A stretch of 64,000 nucleotides of DNA from Octopus vulgaris (GCA_951406725.2 OX597825.1:65782001-65846000), one strand, 5' to 3'; shown: positions 27,530 through 42,324, counted from the first letter of the stretch. A program made the numbers and translations. Notes: generated by a model from the letters alone, not told the origin.

Positions 27530-28729
27530 ACAGACACAGACATACATCACATATGTATGTGAATGTGTGTATATATGCGTATATATACATATATATGTAT
27601 GTATATTTTTATGTGTCGTGTTGTGTTCATGTTTCTTATTTTGATGCTTAACACAGCATTAGGTTTATTTATTTACATGTGTAAATATGCATTACTTGTT
27701 AATTTAAATTCTGTTCAACATAGAGCTTCATAATCGGCTTTGGTAGCATCATTTTCTTGATTATCCTTATCTTTTCTATTTTTTATGGACAAACATATCT
27801 ACATGTACATGCCATACTCATACTCAAACTTCTGAATACATACAAGGATGATTGAAATGTAATCCAGAATAAACGTTGCCTTTTGTAATTAAAAAAATAA
27901 ATTACTACGTCGACTTTACTGTTCTGGGTCCTTTAATAATATTTTAGATAGTTTCCTTGGAAAGTATGGCTTTTACAGTTTTCCTTGTACAGAATTATAA
28001 ATATATTTCTATTGGAGTATCTTTGACAATTAATGTATCAAACGTGTGTTACAATCTGCTTAAAGCTAATGCGATAAATGATTTGAAAACAAAACTTTGT
28101 GCGACGCTGGTGAGAAATTTCACATATGTAAAATGTTGTCAAAAAATGACTATATTGTACCATATACATGCTTCTATAATATTTCGGGAAAGATTCGCCT
28201 TTTTAAATATAAGAAAGAAAATAATAGAATAGTTCGGAGAAAAGTGTTGTTAACTGCTGGCCTGCTAGTGAAGATTGTGTTTAGTGAAGTGCAGACTTTC
28301 TTGGAATTGTTGCATCTAATATTCAGTATTGGTCATGACTTGTTAGGTGAAATATAGAACTAGTGCTACACCTAAGGTTGTGATTGAATTATTTAAGTTC
28401 GTCTACCCCTCATTCTGCTACAACATAATTAAAAGACTATTTAAAAAATGCCCTCAGTTTGACCTGTCAATAACGGAATGTTTTAGACGATGCTAATAAA
28501 AAAATATTTTACATCGCGTTTGGAAATACACAATCGATATTTCATTATAAAGAGTGGCTCATTATAAAACAAGTATATTCTTTCATAGTTTTTTTTTGAT
28601 CGTTTAAAAACATCCATGGATTTTGCTATCTCTGACTATTCATCGAGTGATGTGATAAACGTCACATCTGTTAATATGTAAGAAGGTTTGTATCACGTTA
28701 TAGTTGTTGCATAGAGTCTAAGCTAAATA

Positions 28730-28925
28730 TTAGGTTGTCCCAAAAGTTCGTAAACACTTGCGAAAATTGAATTTTTACTAACAAAAACAATTATTCCTCA
28801 AAATAAAGACCATTATTTTCCAACACTTTCTGCCATCGATCTGCAAGCTGTCGAATCAGGTCAAAGTACCATTCAGTCGGCTTCGAATCAAAGAATATAT
28901 GACACAAACTTTTGGGACAACCTTA
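28730..28925 (-). mobile_element. Internally deleted mariner element (196 bp)
   Basis: TIRs AGGTTGTCCCAAAAGTT / AACTTTTGGGACAACCT (17 bp perfect) with TA flanks. The internal minus strand reads FFDSKPTEWYFDLIRQLADRWQKVLENNGLYFEE*, a mariner transposase C-terminus. Confidence 0.9.
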
Positions 28926-30875
28926 TACTTACTGATTCTATCGCTCTGGTTCTAAGTAAATTACGATGAGTAGAGTGAAGGCCATTGTTATATATAAAAT
29001 TTATTTCATATCGCGGATTACGAACATTTTTATCGTTGGTTACAGGTATCCAAGGGACCAATCACTGGTTTGCTGCATTTATAATTATCAGCGGGTGGCA
29101 AGGGAGCATAATCGATTTTTTTTATTACTATCGAAGTTTATCAAAGAACGGTATACACATACAGTGACAAACAGACACACATACCCTACAGACATTATGT
29201 ATATGACTAATTCAATGTTATTTATGCATTGTACGTTTATTGAATATACCTAAAGTATCCTTAACCAGTTTTCCAGTCCTATTTCTTTCTCCATAGACTT
29301 CTAAATAAATTCTTCACGTTTGTCTAGTGGTACATTGATAAAAGGTTGGCATAAATAATTTGACAATGCATTCAACATGAAGGAATATTTGATTGAATTT
29401 AGAACAGAAATCTAGTAACAGTTTACACAAATACATGGTTATCCAAATTAATGCCTTTCTCGACACTGATAACATTATTTAGAACGACATGACATGACTT
29501 ATCCCTGCACAATCCTAAAATTGAAATTGTAACCATACCAAAGCAATCAAGAGAACATCTTACTTTTTAGTAAGATATCTTCCCTCTCTCTCTTCCATGG
29601 ACTATTTAGCTCGGATTTTTGTCGTATTACGTAGATGATAAACAAATTTCCATATACATAGAATGTTAGCCTATTGAAATTTAAAACTGTGATCAGTGAG
29701 GCACAGAACTACATAGTATTATTATGTATCTCGCCTGGTTTCATATCTGATCCGGATGAACATAAAATGATTTTGGTCGAGCTAAGCTTTTTGATCTCAA
29801 AAGATCGATGTATCTGCTGAACGAAAACGCACAATTAATCGAATCAGAAATATTGGACATATAGTCACTTTTGTTTGATTGTTTTTATTTGCTTGTTTTA
29901 TTTGTTTCTTTTATTCTTTGTATGTAGTAGTGGTGTTTTGTTGTTGTTTGTTTTTGTTGCTGTTGTTGTTTTCCATTTTACGTATATTTTATTTTATTTT
30001 ATTTTTCGTTAAGTAAGATATTATATTATAGAACATTCTATGCGACTCTATTGCAGATTCTAACCAAACATTGGCTATTCTGGTGCAGGAAGTAAGCTGT
30101 ATTTATTTAAATGTTGACATTGCTGCTTTAAATATTGTGCTGATGAAGATACGATTTGTTGCAATAACAAACTTGATAAATTGATACTCTCTCCGATATA
30201 TTAAATGTCCAGTGGGAAATAAGAACACAATTTGTTGTCTTAACTGGATACAAGAGCCAATAGGTTAATGTTTTAATTGATCTCTTTCAAATACGATTCT
30301 CTCCGCTCCAGTAATGTTCATATTGTTGTTGTCCCTGCTGCTGCTTCTATTTTCGTTATTGTTCTTGTTGTTGTTGTTGTAGTTACTTTTGTAGTTGTTA
30401 TTGTATTGTAGCTCATGCTTTTGTTAATACAATTTTATGGAAGGAAAATTTAGAAACACACACGTATATGTGGAGATATGTATAAATATGTGTAAACATG
30501 TCTCTCTCCTCCATCCTTCCCCCTCTCTATTTCTCTCCCTATATATATATATATATAGAGAGAGAAAAAGAGATAGACAGATAGACAGAGATAGAGAAAG
30601 ATATATAAATATATTTGCTTCCAAAGTCATAAACACTATCACTCAAACATTCATGTGTATACGTTTGTATGTATACATATACGTGTGTGAATGCGCGCGT
30701 CCGTGTGGATTTGAGACTGGAGTGAAAGGCATTGAGTAGAAGTGTACGTTGTAAGTGTAACACGATATTGTTGAAGTGTAGGCTTGTATAAAGTTTGGAG
30801 TGATACCAACAATAGTACGATTCATACATACACACACATCTATATATATGTGTGTATATGTGTATATGCATGTAT

Positions 30876-30943
<68 letters not shown>

Positions 30944-31015
30944 ACGTGTGTGTGTGTGTGTGTGTGTGTGTTATATATATACATTCATACATGCATACAC
31001 ACACACACACACACA

Positions 31016-31051
<36 letters not shown>

Positions 31052-31180
31052 GTAAAGTATAGAAGCCATCTTAACATGGCTAACCACATAGGGGAGGGGT
31101 GTTACTGTAGCTTTATAGCCCCAGGAGATCGTCGTCTCCAGCTGGCTTTAGACACCATTTCAGTGCCCTTGAAGTATTTG

Positions 31181-31226
<46 letters not shown>

Positions 31227-31594
31227 CTGTATTTTCATATTTCTATGTATGTGATCTAAAGCCACAACATTTTAAATATTGAATGATCCCCGTTTAAACT
31301 TCTTTTGTTTATTTCTTTCCTAGATGCTTTGCTTGTTGTTGTTGCTGTGTGTATGCATGCATACACACACACAAATACAACGCACACATACACGCACATA
31401 TATACATATGTTAGTTGCATACTTACACAAATGCAAGCAGACATACATACATATATACAAACATACATACATATCTCCAGTAACTACTACAGCATGGTTT
31501 CACACTAGAACTCAGAAATTTGGACACAGTGATCTTCGAAGGACTTTCCTTGTAGCCGTTAAAGAAATATTAAAGGAGTGGTATTCATTTCGCG

Positions 31595-31647
<53 letters not shown>

Positions 31648-31817
31648 CACAGGTATGTAAGTAGGTATGCAGGTAAGTAGGTTGGTAGATATATAGATTG
31701 ATAGATACACGTTTATGTATACATTTATATATATATATATATAAGCAGGCAAGCAGACAGGCAAGCAGGCAGGAGGCAAGCAGGTAGGCAAGCAGACGGG
31801 TAGGTAGGTAGGGAGGG

Positions 31818-31907
<90 letters not shown>

Positions 31908-32539
31908 GTCATTCTTAATTGAACTTTCCTTTCCCTTGCAACATGATAGTTCAATACAACGCAGTGAAGTATGACATTCAATAATTTCTAGAATTCAAGA
32001 GGTTGTATATTTTACACCGCAAGGCAGTGAAGTTCTTCAATTATCCATTGTTTACATTCAGACTTTAGTCCTTTTTTTTTTTCCTTCTTTTTTGACCCTG
32101 AATTATGTACGAACGCATTTGTGTTGCAACTACAACTCTGAAAATGCACATTTCTAGAAAATTCTCTGTGCAATAATATTTTAGTATTTATCGTCATGGA
32201 AGCGTAAGTATAATTGTCAAATCTATATATACATATAATGCTCGTCAGTGTGTGATAGCACATATTAAAGATATGGGAGAATTCAGTGCAAACGTAGAGT
32301 GAATATTTATGCAAATGCCAGCGTAAAAGATTAGTTAATCATCTATTACCGCACAGTTCTACCAATATGGATTTTTCAAATTGCACTTGTTAACCTATTC
32401 ATGTTACCAGTGACTGAAACTTATGCTGACATTAATTCAGAAGCTAAGTATATCACCAAGAAAATGGATTATGCAATTTGTCTGAATTCCTACGAAAAAG
32501 ATAAGTTTATATTACGCTCAGTGATAACAGGTGGTATTA

Positions 32540-32930
32540 ACGACGAACATAGGAACATTAAAAGTATGTTAGCCACGAAAGCTGTTACATCTACAGTTGA
32601 TAACTGCTCTTCCAGGATCAAAGACACATGCTCGCTTGACTATGCTTGTAATGCCAATGCAATATTATATGAAGCGACAGTTAGCTCCAAAATCAAGAAC
32701 GGCACAATGGACATCAAAAACAATTATCAGAACGACGGAAAATGATTAAAAGGAGATATGTTAACCATAAAACCTCTACTGGAAATGATAAGACATACAC
32801 ATATCGAAATAAGTCTGTTGTCTAGATTAGAAATAACACAAATCACCCATTTAACTGAGGAATTAAAGGGAAAAAATAGACTGTTTATGTTTGATGAAGA
32901 AGGCTACTTCTCTGCAGTGCATAAATAGTA
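32540..32930 (+). pseudogene. Highly degenerate Penelope-like GIY-YIG region
   Basis: CSSRIKDTCSLDYACNANAILYEATV resembles the PLE motif CNCRxKxxCPLxGxCLxxxVIYxATV. Confidence 0.55.
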
Positions 32931-34666
32931 TCTTTTTGTACCTTCTGACAAGTCCCTGAAGGCTAATTGGAACCTGCTCGGAATATTTCGGACATGGTAA
33001 TTATTTAACATATATACCCACCTTTTTTTTTTTTAGATATTGCATCTTTCATTAGTTAGTAACAGAGTAGGAGAGTCAGTGATCATATCTGTTGCAGACC
33101 CCAACCAGATTTGAAAGAAAGATTTCGTTGATTCCCAGGCTGCCATATAAGAACAATGCAGCCAAAAACAAAAATGTTGTTAGAAGAGGATTCGAAAGTC
33201 TGAGCTGAATGATTTGAAACCGCGTGAACTCTTCCAAAAACATCAAGTACCATTTAATGGTATTAGATAAGATGGTGTTTTAAGCTTGCCACATGCTATG
33301 GCATTTTGAATTAGCTTAGATATTGTATGCATTTTCCTTTTACTTCGACGTATCCCCTGTTACATTTAATTAACATCCATTGTTCAGTTATTTCAAACAA
33401 GAAAGAGTTACATTATCGTTGACAATTAATATTTTTCTCGTTGACAATTTCAGCATACGTAATTTCCACATCAAACCAGTCTACGAAGACAACTAGATAT
33501 TTTCCCTTTGTTTATTTTTCTTATATTTATTTATCTATATTTTGGCTTTTTTTTATATATATTATATTTCCAATTTTACTGTAGGCTGCATACTGTCTTA
33601 AAATCCCCATTAATGACTGGTAAGAAATAAATCTATTTACAGAACTCTGAAAGACGAAAAGAAAATGTGTATAGAGTAGACAAGTTCGTGGAGAAAATGA
33701 AAATTTTATTATGCCAGTTCCCCTATCTGTTAGAAAAACTGCTGGTTCATTTTGAAGACTTCAACAAAATATGAAAATGATCGTACTAAAATACTAAAAA
33801 CAAATGTAGCGAGCTGAAGATTACTGCAGAAAGTAATAAACCATTTATTACTAACTTGCTGCATTGGTGAACATGGAGACATAAGATTGCAATATTTAAG
33901 CTACGATCCTAATAGATTCTTAACTTCTCTGTCACATTCAATTTCTTCTTTATCATAACTAATATTCTATCTAGACAATTTCTGCTTTATCGTAATTTAA
34001 ACCAAGATTGCAAGAGAATAAAGAGAAAGTCTCTTCCGATATATTCCTTCTCATTCCATCTTCCCACACACTTCCGTTATCTTTCTTCCTTGCTCGCACT
34101 TTTCTCCCTCTTTCTCTCTTTATCTCATTCTTTTTTCTTTCTCTTTTTATTTTTCCCCTCTTTCTGTTTCTCTATTTTGATTTATTTCTTTTCTTTTCTT
34201 TTTTTTTTTCTTTTCGATTGAAGGTACTTTCTTTGTCAACCTTGTACTGTCTCAACCACTTACATTGCAATCGTGAAAAAGTCAACTTTTAACCTTTCGA
34301 CTTTGCCATCTATCGTTTGAAGATATTGTAGAATGGAACAAAGGATATCTTGGCAAATGAGAGATGATGAAATAGAAAGTCGAGATTGATTCTTTCAAAA
34401 TGGACATTCTAAACTGAAAGAGAAGCGAAGAAATATGAAAGGAGAGAACATAATTTCTTAAAGAATGCCAAAAATTATTCACAGATCAGTTTCATCAACT
34501 AATTGAACCAGTCATAGATTTCATTCCTGACAGCATTCTACTGAATCATATAACATTGTATGTAATACGTATAAAGCTTAGTCTCTACACGTTCTGACAC
34601 TGCTTCATCTCTTTACACCTCTTTCTAACTTCCACCCCTGTTCTATTCTGTGAGCACCTTTGAATA

Positions 34667-35068
<402 letters not shown>

Positions 35069-35818
35069 CTGATTATTACTCGGTGGTTAAAAATTGCTGA
35101 TGACATATCAAGATATATGTGTGCATGGTTTCGTAATGCATCACATATTTCTTACATCGCTCATTTCGTTAGGCAGACAGAAAGTGCAATATTTCAATGG
35201 TAAAATACACCGAAGCTTGTAACCTGTACTAAGACAATGGCTTCAAAAACAACATAAGAGATGTCTAATCTTATACCATATATTAAACATAATGTATTCA
35301 CCAATTCAAGATGCTCAAATATATCATGAATTAACCGCAGTAGTATTCAAACATATACGCACACACGAAACTTTTTTTGAATCCATTATTTAGTTAAGAT
35401 ATTTCATATCATGTAGCGATGAAGCATTATTCGTGTCTTGCGTTGCAAGTATTAAAGAATAACAGATTCAGATTCTACCTTGAAGGCAAACATGAATTAT
35501 ATATCATATATTATTTAATGTATATATGCTTGTGTGTGTGTGTATGTGTGTGTATGTGTTTGTTTATTATGTGTCTATTTATACATGTATGTATATACAT
35601 ACATATATATATATATATATGTTTATATACATATATTTATTTATATGTATATATGTTTATGTATTTATATACATATATGTATGTATGTGTATATGTAGAT
35701 ATATATATATATGTATATATATATACATATATATGCATATATATGTATGTATATATGTATATATATATGTATATATATGTATATATATGTATATATATGT
35801 ATATATATACATACATAC

Positions 35819-35861
<43 letters not shown>

Positions 35862-36360
35862 TATATGTGTGTGTATAAGGGAAAGAATAAATAGATCCAA
35901 AGAAAGAGGGGTACTTTTAAATGTAGTATTGAACACATGCAAGTATTAAGAATAGAGTTTTAATGTTCGTTTGTTTTGTTTTTGTTTTTGTTTTTGTTCT
36001 TTGCTATGTAAAGGTGGAACAACGGTCCTTTCGGTAAAGTTTACAGCAAAATTGTATATATAGGATTCCTAAGGCAAAGCAAACGAACAGAAAATAGAAC
36101 AAGCGCTGAAGTATTGATTCTTTCAAATGATGAGTGAAAAGCATGGTTGTGTAGTTCAAATGTTTCCAGGTTTGATCCCATAATGCAGTAGCTTGGTGAA
36201 CGCCTCGGTAAAAGCCTATGTGTCTCGTAAATGATAGGCTTATAACATCTGTATCCTAATATAGAACTGATAACTTACTAAACTACAACAGTCATTGCTC
36301 TACTCCTTCCTTGTATTTCTCTAGAACTTCCTGCTTTTATATGTATGTATATATGTATGT

Positions 36361-36577
36361 GTGGAGGTACATGGGCTAGTGGTTAGAGCAGCGGACTCGC
36401 GGTTAAGGGATCGCGGGTTCGAATCTCAGACCGGGCGATGCGTGTGTTTACAAGCCAAACACCTAAACTCCACGCGGCTCCGGAAGAAGGTAATGGCGAA
36501 CTTCTGCTGACGCTTTTGCCACAACTTTCTCTTAATCTTTCCGCCTGCATCTTGCAGCTCACCTGCGACGGTCCGGC
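36361..36577 (+). mobile_element. 3'-truncated SINE family D
   Basis: High similarity to 39111-39315. Confidence 0.85.
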
Positions 36578-37020
36578 TTTGTGGGGATGCTAAACTCCTC
36601 TGTTCGAAAATATAAGGACACAGATAATGGCGAATAATCATTACTTTAGAGTACTGCTACTGAATGTCTCTCGTTGAGAGATTTAGAAATAAAAATCTTT
36701 CTATTTATTATATCAGTGACTGTGTGTCACTTTGAAAATTATATATATTTTCGAACAAGAATTTAGCAGCGTCATCTCCAGCCAAGCAGTTATTCTGTGC
36801 TGAGGAAAGGAAATAACCCATAAACCGCGGTCAACAGATACCGCTTTGTGTTGAGTGGAGAAGCTAAACTCCCTTGTACGAAAATATATGGACACAGATA
36901 TTGTATCGTATAGCCAACTGGAGACGATGTTTTATGTGGCTAACTAACAGTAACATTCGTCCCAACCGGGACTGCCACATTATGTTAGCAAATAATTTTT
37001 ACTATATATCTATATATATA

Positions 37021-37315
37021 TATTGTTATATTTCGGAATGGTCATATTGCCAGTTTAGCCAATAAAAACACACGCACTATATATTTGGTGTTATTTTGCT
37101 TCTGTGTTATTTGTTTTTTACATTAATCTTAATCTTATTTCGGCCAGAGTTCTTTCGTCACACTCCTGTGACCGCATCAGTGGTCCTTTGTCTTCTTTCT
37201 TATTTTAACACCAAATATATAGTGCGTGTGTTTTTATTGACTAAACTGGCAATATGACCATTCTGAAATATAACAATATCTGTATCAACACACGACTTCA
37301 CATAAAAAATCTTGC

Positions 37316-37320
<5 letters not shown>
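37021..37320. mobile_element. Penelope-like pLTR remnant with inverted arms, in (TA)n
   Basis: A 73-bp inverted repeat (37021-37093 / 37206-37278, 2 mismatches) encloses a hammerhead-like motif. Confidence 0.6.
37142..37186 (-). ncRNA. Minimal hammerhead-like motif (A9 replaced by C)
   Basis: ggacca-CTGATGC-G-GTCACA(ggag)TGTGAC-GAAA-GAAC-TC-tggcc. Confidence 0.6.
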
Positions 37321-37364
<44 letters not shown>

Positions 37365-37428
37365 GTGTGTGTATTTATGTATGTGTGTATGTATGTATGT
37401 ATGTATGTATGTATGTATGTATGTATGT

Positions 37429-37493
<65 letters not shown>

Positions 37494-37511
37494 GAGAGAG
37501 ATAGATAGATT

Positions 37512-37862
37512 ACTTTTTTTAGTCATTAGACTGCGAGGGTTTAGTCGAGAAAATTGATCCAGTACATATTTTTTAAAAACTCAGTACTTATTCTGTCGGT
37601 CTTTTTTGCCGAACTGCTATGCTACGTAAACGTAAATAAACCAGCACCGTTTGTCAATCGCTGGTGTAGTGCAAACGCAAAAACACATATATATAGATAT
37701 AAACATATATGTGTATAAGACGGCCTTCTTACAGTTTCCGTTTACCAAATCCTCGCACATGGCTATGCTCGGCCCAGGGCTATAGTAGAAGACACTTACC
37801 CTATGCGACTGAGCCTGGCACCATGTCTTTGAGAAGCAACTTCTTACCACACCTTTACGTGT
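37512..37862 (-). mobile_element. SINE family A
   Basis: Diverged copy. Confidence 0.75.
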
Positions 37863-37880
37863 ACTAGCGTGTGTGTATTT

Positions 37881-38002
<122 letters not shown>

Positions 38003-38596
38003 CCATATTGCTATGCTTAACGTGTCATTTTTACTTTAAGAAAATAAGATGTGATTTGTGAGTTTAACAATTAGACCAACACCCTCCCCGACAAAATCGC
38101 ATTCTTATTGTTACTGCTGTTGTCGTCAAGTGAATCTGTGATCAAAACCGTCCTAAGATGTATACTCCTGGTTGGGACCTTCCAAAATCATCTGGGTTTA
38201 ATTTTAAAGTAAATTCGACTGCTATTTCTTGCAAATTCAGGGATGACATAACAGCTCCATCTCTTCTCCTTTCTAAATTTTAATAAATATTTATGACAAA
38301 TCTAAATGACTAATATGAAGAATGTTTATTTATGATTATTCAAGGAAATTAACGAAAATTTCAACGTTAATTGCAATAATATTCTACCAAGATACAATTC
38401 AGAATATTTTAAAATGCATTATAATTATATTTATAGTTTCATCATTAATAAATGTAATTTTCGTTATGAATGAATATAATTTTGGTTATTAACACGTATG
38501 AGTCTTATTTTATTTTTTAATCTGAATACAATAAATAAGATTATCTCAACTACAAATATGATTTATGTAAAAGTTCATAATTTTATAGATATCTAC

Positions 38597-38668
<72 letters not shown>

Positions 38669-38671
38669 TTA

Positions 38672-39031
38672 TCGTTTATCTTTCACTTGTTACTGTCATT
38701 GGACTGCAGCCATACTGGAGCACCAACTTTTTGGCCGAACGAATTGATCCGAGTGTGTTCTTACCTCGTCCCCAACTCTTTAAGGCTTGTCATTTATTCA
38801 ATCGTTCTTTTGTTACCAAACTGATAGCTTGTGGGAATATAAACAAAGCAACTCCTTTTATTAAGCGGTGGGGGGAAAAACAAACACAAACACAAAAGAC
38901 ACACACACACACACTCAAAAACATGTATATGCACAGTTACATACACATACCCACATACGCACACGCACACACATATGTGTATATATGATATATATGAGAT
39001 ATATATATATATATATATATATATGAACATA

Positions 39032-39101
<70 letters not shown>

Positions 39102-39532
39102 TGCACACATGTGGAGGCACATGGCCTAGTGGTTAGAGCAGCGGACCTCGCGGTCGAGGGATCGCGGGTTCGAATCTCAGACAGGACGATGTGTGTGTTT
39201 ATGAGCGAAACACCTAAGCTCCACGCGGCTCCGGCAGAAGGTAATGACGAACTTCTGCTGACTCTTTCGCTACTCTTTCCTCCTGCATCTTGCAGCTCAC
39301 CTGCGACGGACCGGCGTCCCATCCAGGTGGGGAACCTATACGCCAAGGAAACTGGGAAACCGGCCCTTATGAGCCAGGCATGGCTCGAGAAGGAACAAAC
39401 ATATATATACATAAATTCAGTGTCCGTCTACCAAATCCACTCAAAACGCTTCAGTCAGTCGAGGGCTTTTGTAGAAGATACTTGTCCAAGGTGCCAAGCA
39501 GTGGGTCTGTACCCGGAACCATGTGTTTGGGA
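38672..39532 (-). mobile_element. SINE family A split by nested family D insertion
   Basis: 3' half at 38672-38900 and 5' half at 39413-39532, with the D copy in the internal microsatellite. Confidence 0.75.
39111..39400 (+). mobile_element. tRNA-derived SINE (family D: C-like head, E-like tail)
   Basis: TGGCCTAGTGG / GGTTCGAATC boxes; tail CTGCGACGGACCGGCGTCCCATCCAGG...GGCTCGAGAAGGAAC. Confidence 0.85.
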
Positions 39533-40094
39533 AATAATTATTTATTTATTATAGATTAGTTGGAGGAGGAGTGGTATCGCCGAAAAGCCCTTCTTTTTGC
39601 AGAGTCTCTGGAATTGGTGATAAGAAAATAAGAATTTATCATCACACTATAGATATGGCCTGAGTACTTTAATTCCGTTTAAGAGCCCCATGCTCCAGGC
39701 TGTCGCTTTAAACCGGTATGAAATCTAGAAGAGGCTAAATACTCAGATCTCAGAGCACTGAAATAAGTACTGCAATACATTTAGGACAAAGTTCTAATAA
39801 TTCTGCAAATAGACTAGTACTTAATTTTTCCGACCTGGGAAACAGGAAAAGTAAAGCTGAATTAGACAGGATTTGAACTTTAAATGCGGAGAGGTGAAAC
39901 AAGTACTATAAAGAATTTTATTCTAAGTACCCATTTAATGTTGTTGATATGTAAGATCTTCAGTGAAATGACGTAAAGCGAAACTAATTTTCACATAGAT
40001 CGATAATATAAAAAAGAATTATGTTCCGACGGCATATTCCTACTAAAAATGCCCATTTTTTTTTTTCGTAGACACCAAAAATCATTGCGACTGT

Positions 40095-40263
40095 TTTCCA
40101 GCCACAAGGTTTCGCGTTCAACCCCACTGCGTTGCACCTTGGGCAAAAATCTTCTACTATAGACCCGAGCCAGGCAAAGCCTTGTGCGTGGACTTCCTAT
40201 ACGGAAACTGGAAGAAGACTGTCCTATATACACGCACATATATATGTGTGTATCTGTGTGTTA

Positions 40264-40324
<61 letters not shown>

Positions 40325-40467
40325 TATGTGTGTTTGTATGTGTGTATATGTGTCTGTGCATGTGTGCATGTGTGTCGGTGTGTCTGTGTCTGCGTGTGTT
40401 TGCGTGTTTGTGTGTGTGTGCATGCGCGTGTGTGTGCGTGCTTGTGTGTGTATGTGTGTGTGCGTGT

Positions 40468-40501
<34 letters not shown>

Positions 40502-40702
40502 CTTTGTGACTCCCACCACCACTACCACCACTTGACTGCTTGTTTTAATTTGTTTACGCCTCCGTACCATAGCGGTTCGATAAAAGAACCGATAGGATAA
40601 GCAACAGATTTTTAAAAACTAAGCACAGCCGTCGGAGTCGGTTTGTTCGACTAAACCTTTCAAAACCTCGCCATAGCATGATCACAGTCCAATGACTAAA
40701 AC
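40095..40702 (+). mobile_element. SINE family A with expanded (TG)n centre
   Basis: Head 40095-40225, TG array, tail 40500-40702. Confidence 0.8.
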
Positions 40703-41239
40703 ATGGAAAAATCAAATAAAAGACTCAAAAATCTTCTATGAGCGTGGCTATAAATACATTTAAGAAGGCCTAATGAAAACCACTGATAATTCTTTACTTT
40801 ACGAATATGCCCAAGGCTTGTTTATCGCGCATTAATTTTCTTCATTTCATTTAATTCCTTCTAGGTCTTATTCTTGGGTTATTAACCCGTTTGCTTTTGA
40901 ACTTTTCTCTCTTTGAGGATCCTATCGCTAAGAATGGTCTTAGCTTTATCTAAAACCTGAAAGCCTCAAGGTAATTTTCAGTCGTTAACATACGTGATAG
41001 TTTTGCTTCGCCACTGTTATCTTCGTCTTTAGCAGAGTGTTGTTCTGTCTTCGTGAGATGCTCGTTAGATATTTCATCATCATGGGATTCTAGTAATTCC
41101 ACTATTTTATATTTTAAATATTGTGCTACCTCAAAAGGATTTCACTTCTATGAAGCAAACAGAAAACGTACAATGACTGTATCTTAAGTGACATTCGAGA
41201 AATTCTTCAAAACTAAATAACTAGCAGCTTTATCCAACA

Positions 41240-41408
41240 CTAGCAGTATAACCCGGCGTTGCTCGGGTTTGTTTTCTTTTCGACACTTTAGGATTGGAAT
41301 TTTTGAAACGTAAAATTTTGCATTATGTAGCTTGTTATTCTCTTTAGGTGAACATTTTTCCGGTTGAAATACACCGAAAAATGGCGACACAGCAGTAAAA
41401 AAAATCGT
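41240..41408 (-). mobile_element. Duplicated Helitron 3' end
   Basis: Near-identical to 41542-41705, including the hairpin and CTAG. Confidence 0.8.
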
Positions 41409-41541
41409 ATGTTCTGATATATGTTAGTAAAAGTGTTAATGGCCTAAATAAAAACTTTTCAAAATTTCATGTTAATTTATATCCTAAATATAAGTTTAAT
41501 AATGGCGACGTCATTTTACTAAATTCTCCAGTATTTAAAAA

Positions 41542-41933
41542 CTAGCAGTATCGCCCGGCGTTGCTCGGGTTTGTTTCGACCCTTTAGAATTGGAATATTT
41601 GAAAAGTAAAAATTATGCATTATGTAGCTTGTTATTCTCTTTAAGTGAACATTTTTCTGGTTGAAATACACCGAAAAATGACGACACAGCTGTCAAAAAA
41701 TCGTAAAAAATAAGGATTTTCATAGAAAAAAAAAGCATCTTTTTGATGTAAATAATTGTTTGTCTTAACATGGTCCGATTTGAATTTTATCTTCTAAGGA
41801 ATGAAGAGCAAACCTTCTTCTATCATACTCTCAATTTTGGTCAACTTGCGCCGCAGGGTCTCGGAGGAGATAATGTTAGTTGAAGGCTACCAAACCTGCC
41901 ACACACAGACAACTTCAGCTTTATATATAAAGA
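41542..41933 (-). mobile_element. Non-autonomous Helitron
   Basis: Minus strand starts TC(TTTATATATAAAG) and ends with hairpin CCCGAGCAACGCCGGG then CTAG; inserted between A and T. Confidence 0.85.
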
Positions 41934-42324
41934 TTTATTAATTCAGTTATATTTTACTGAATTGAAAACACAACACTTTACAAAACAAATGTAAAACAAA
42001 ACATACAATAACTCTGTTTGACGGTGTAATGAAACAGAGTTAAACGAAACAACGTTAAATAAGAGCTGCCTGTATCGTACCACTTTGACGGCTTTTTATG
42101 TAAATTTATGTAGCGTTTACATAAGTACTGTAAATTGACAGAAGCTGCGTGTGAGAGCTGATATTTTTATTGTTTCGGTCAAGATGATGAGTTTATAACC
42201 ATGATTTCTATTTTGTTTTGAACCTCATCATTCTGATATCAAATTCCACCATAGGAGTATTGGATTTTCATGCCTCCCTTGGGGCACTAATAGAGAATAT
42301 CATAAAAACATAGACATAAAAAAA

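Larger units (their letters stand above)
40860..42072 (-). mobile_element. Degenerate Tigger/pogo-like DNA transposon, interrupted by Helitrons
   Basis: Minus strand 41100-40885 reads ELLESHDDEISNEHL...LTTENYLEAF../DPQREKSSKA (Tigger-like C-terminus). A Tigger-like terminus TA-CAGGCAGCTCTTATTTAACG lies at 42072. Confidence 0.5.
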
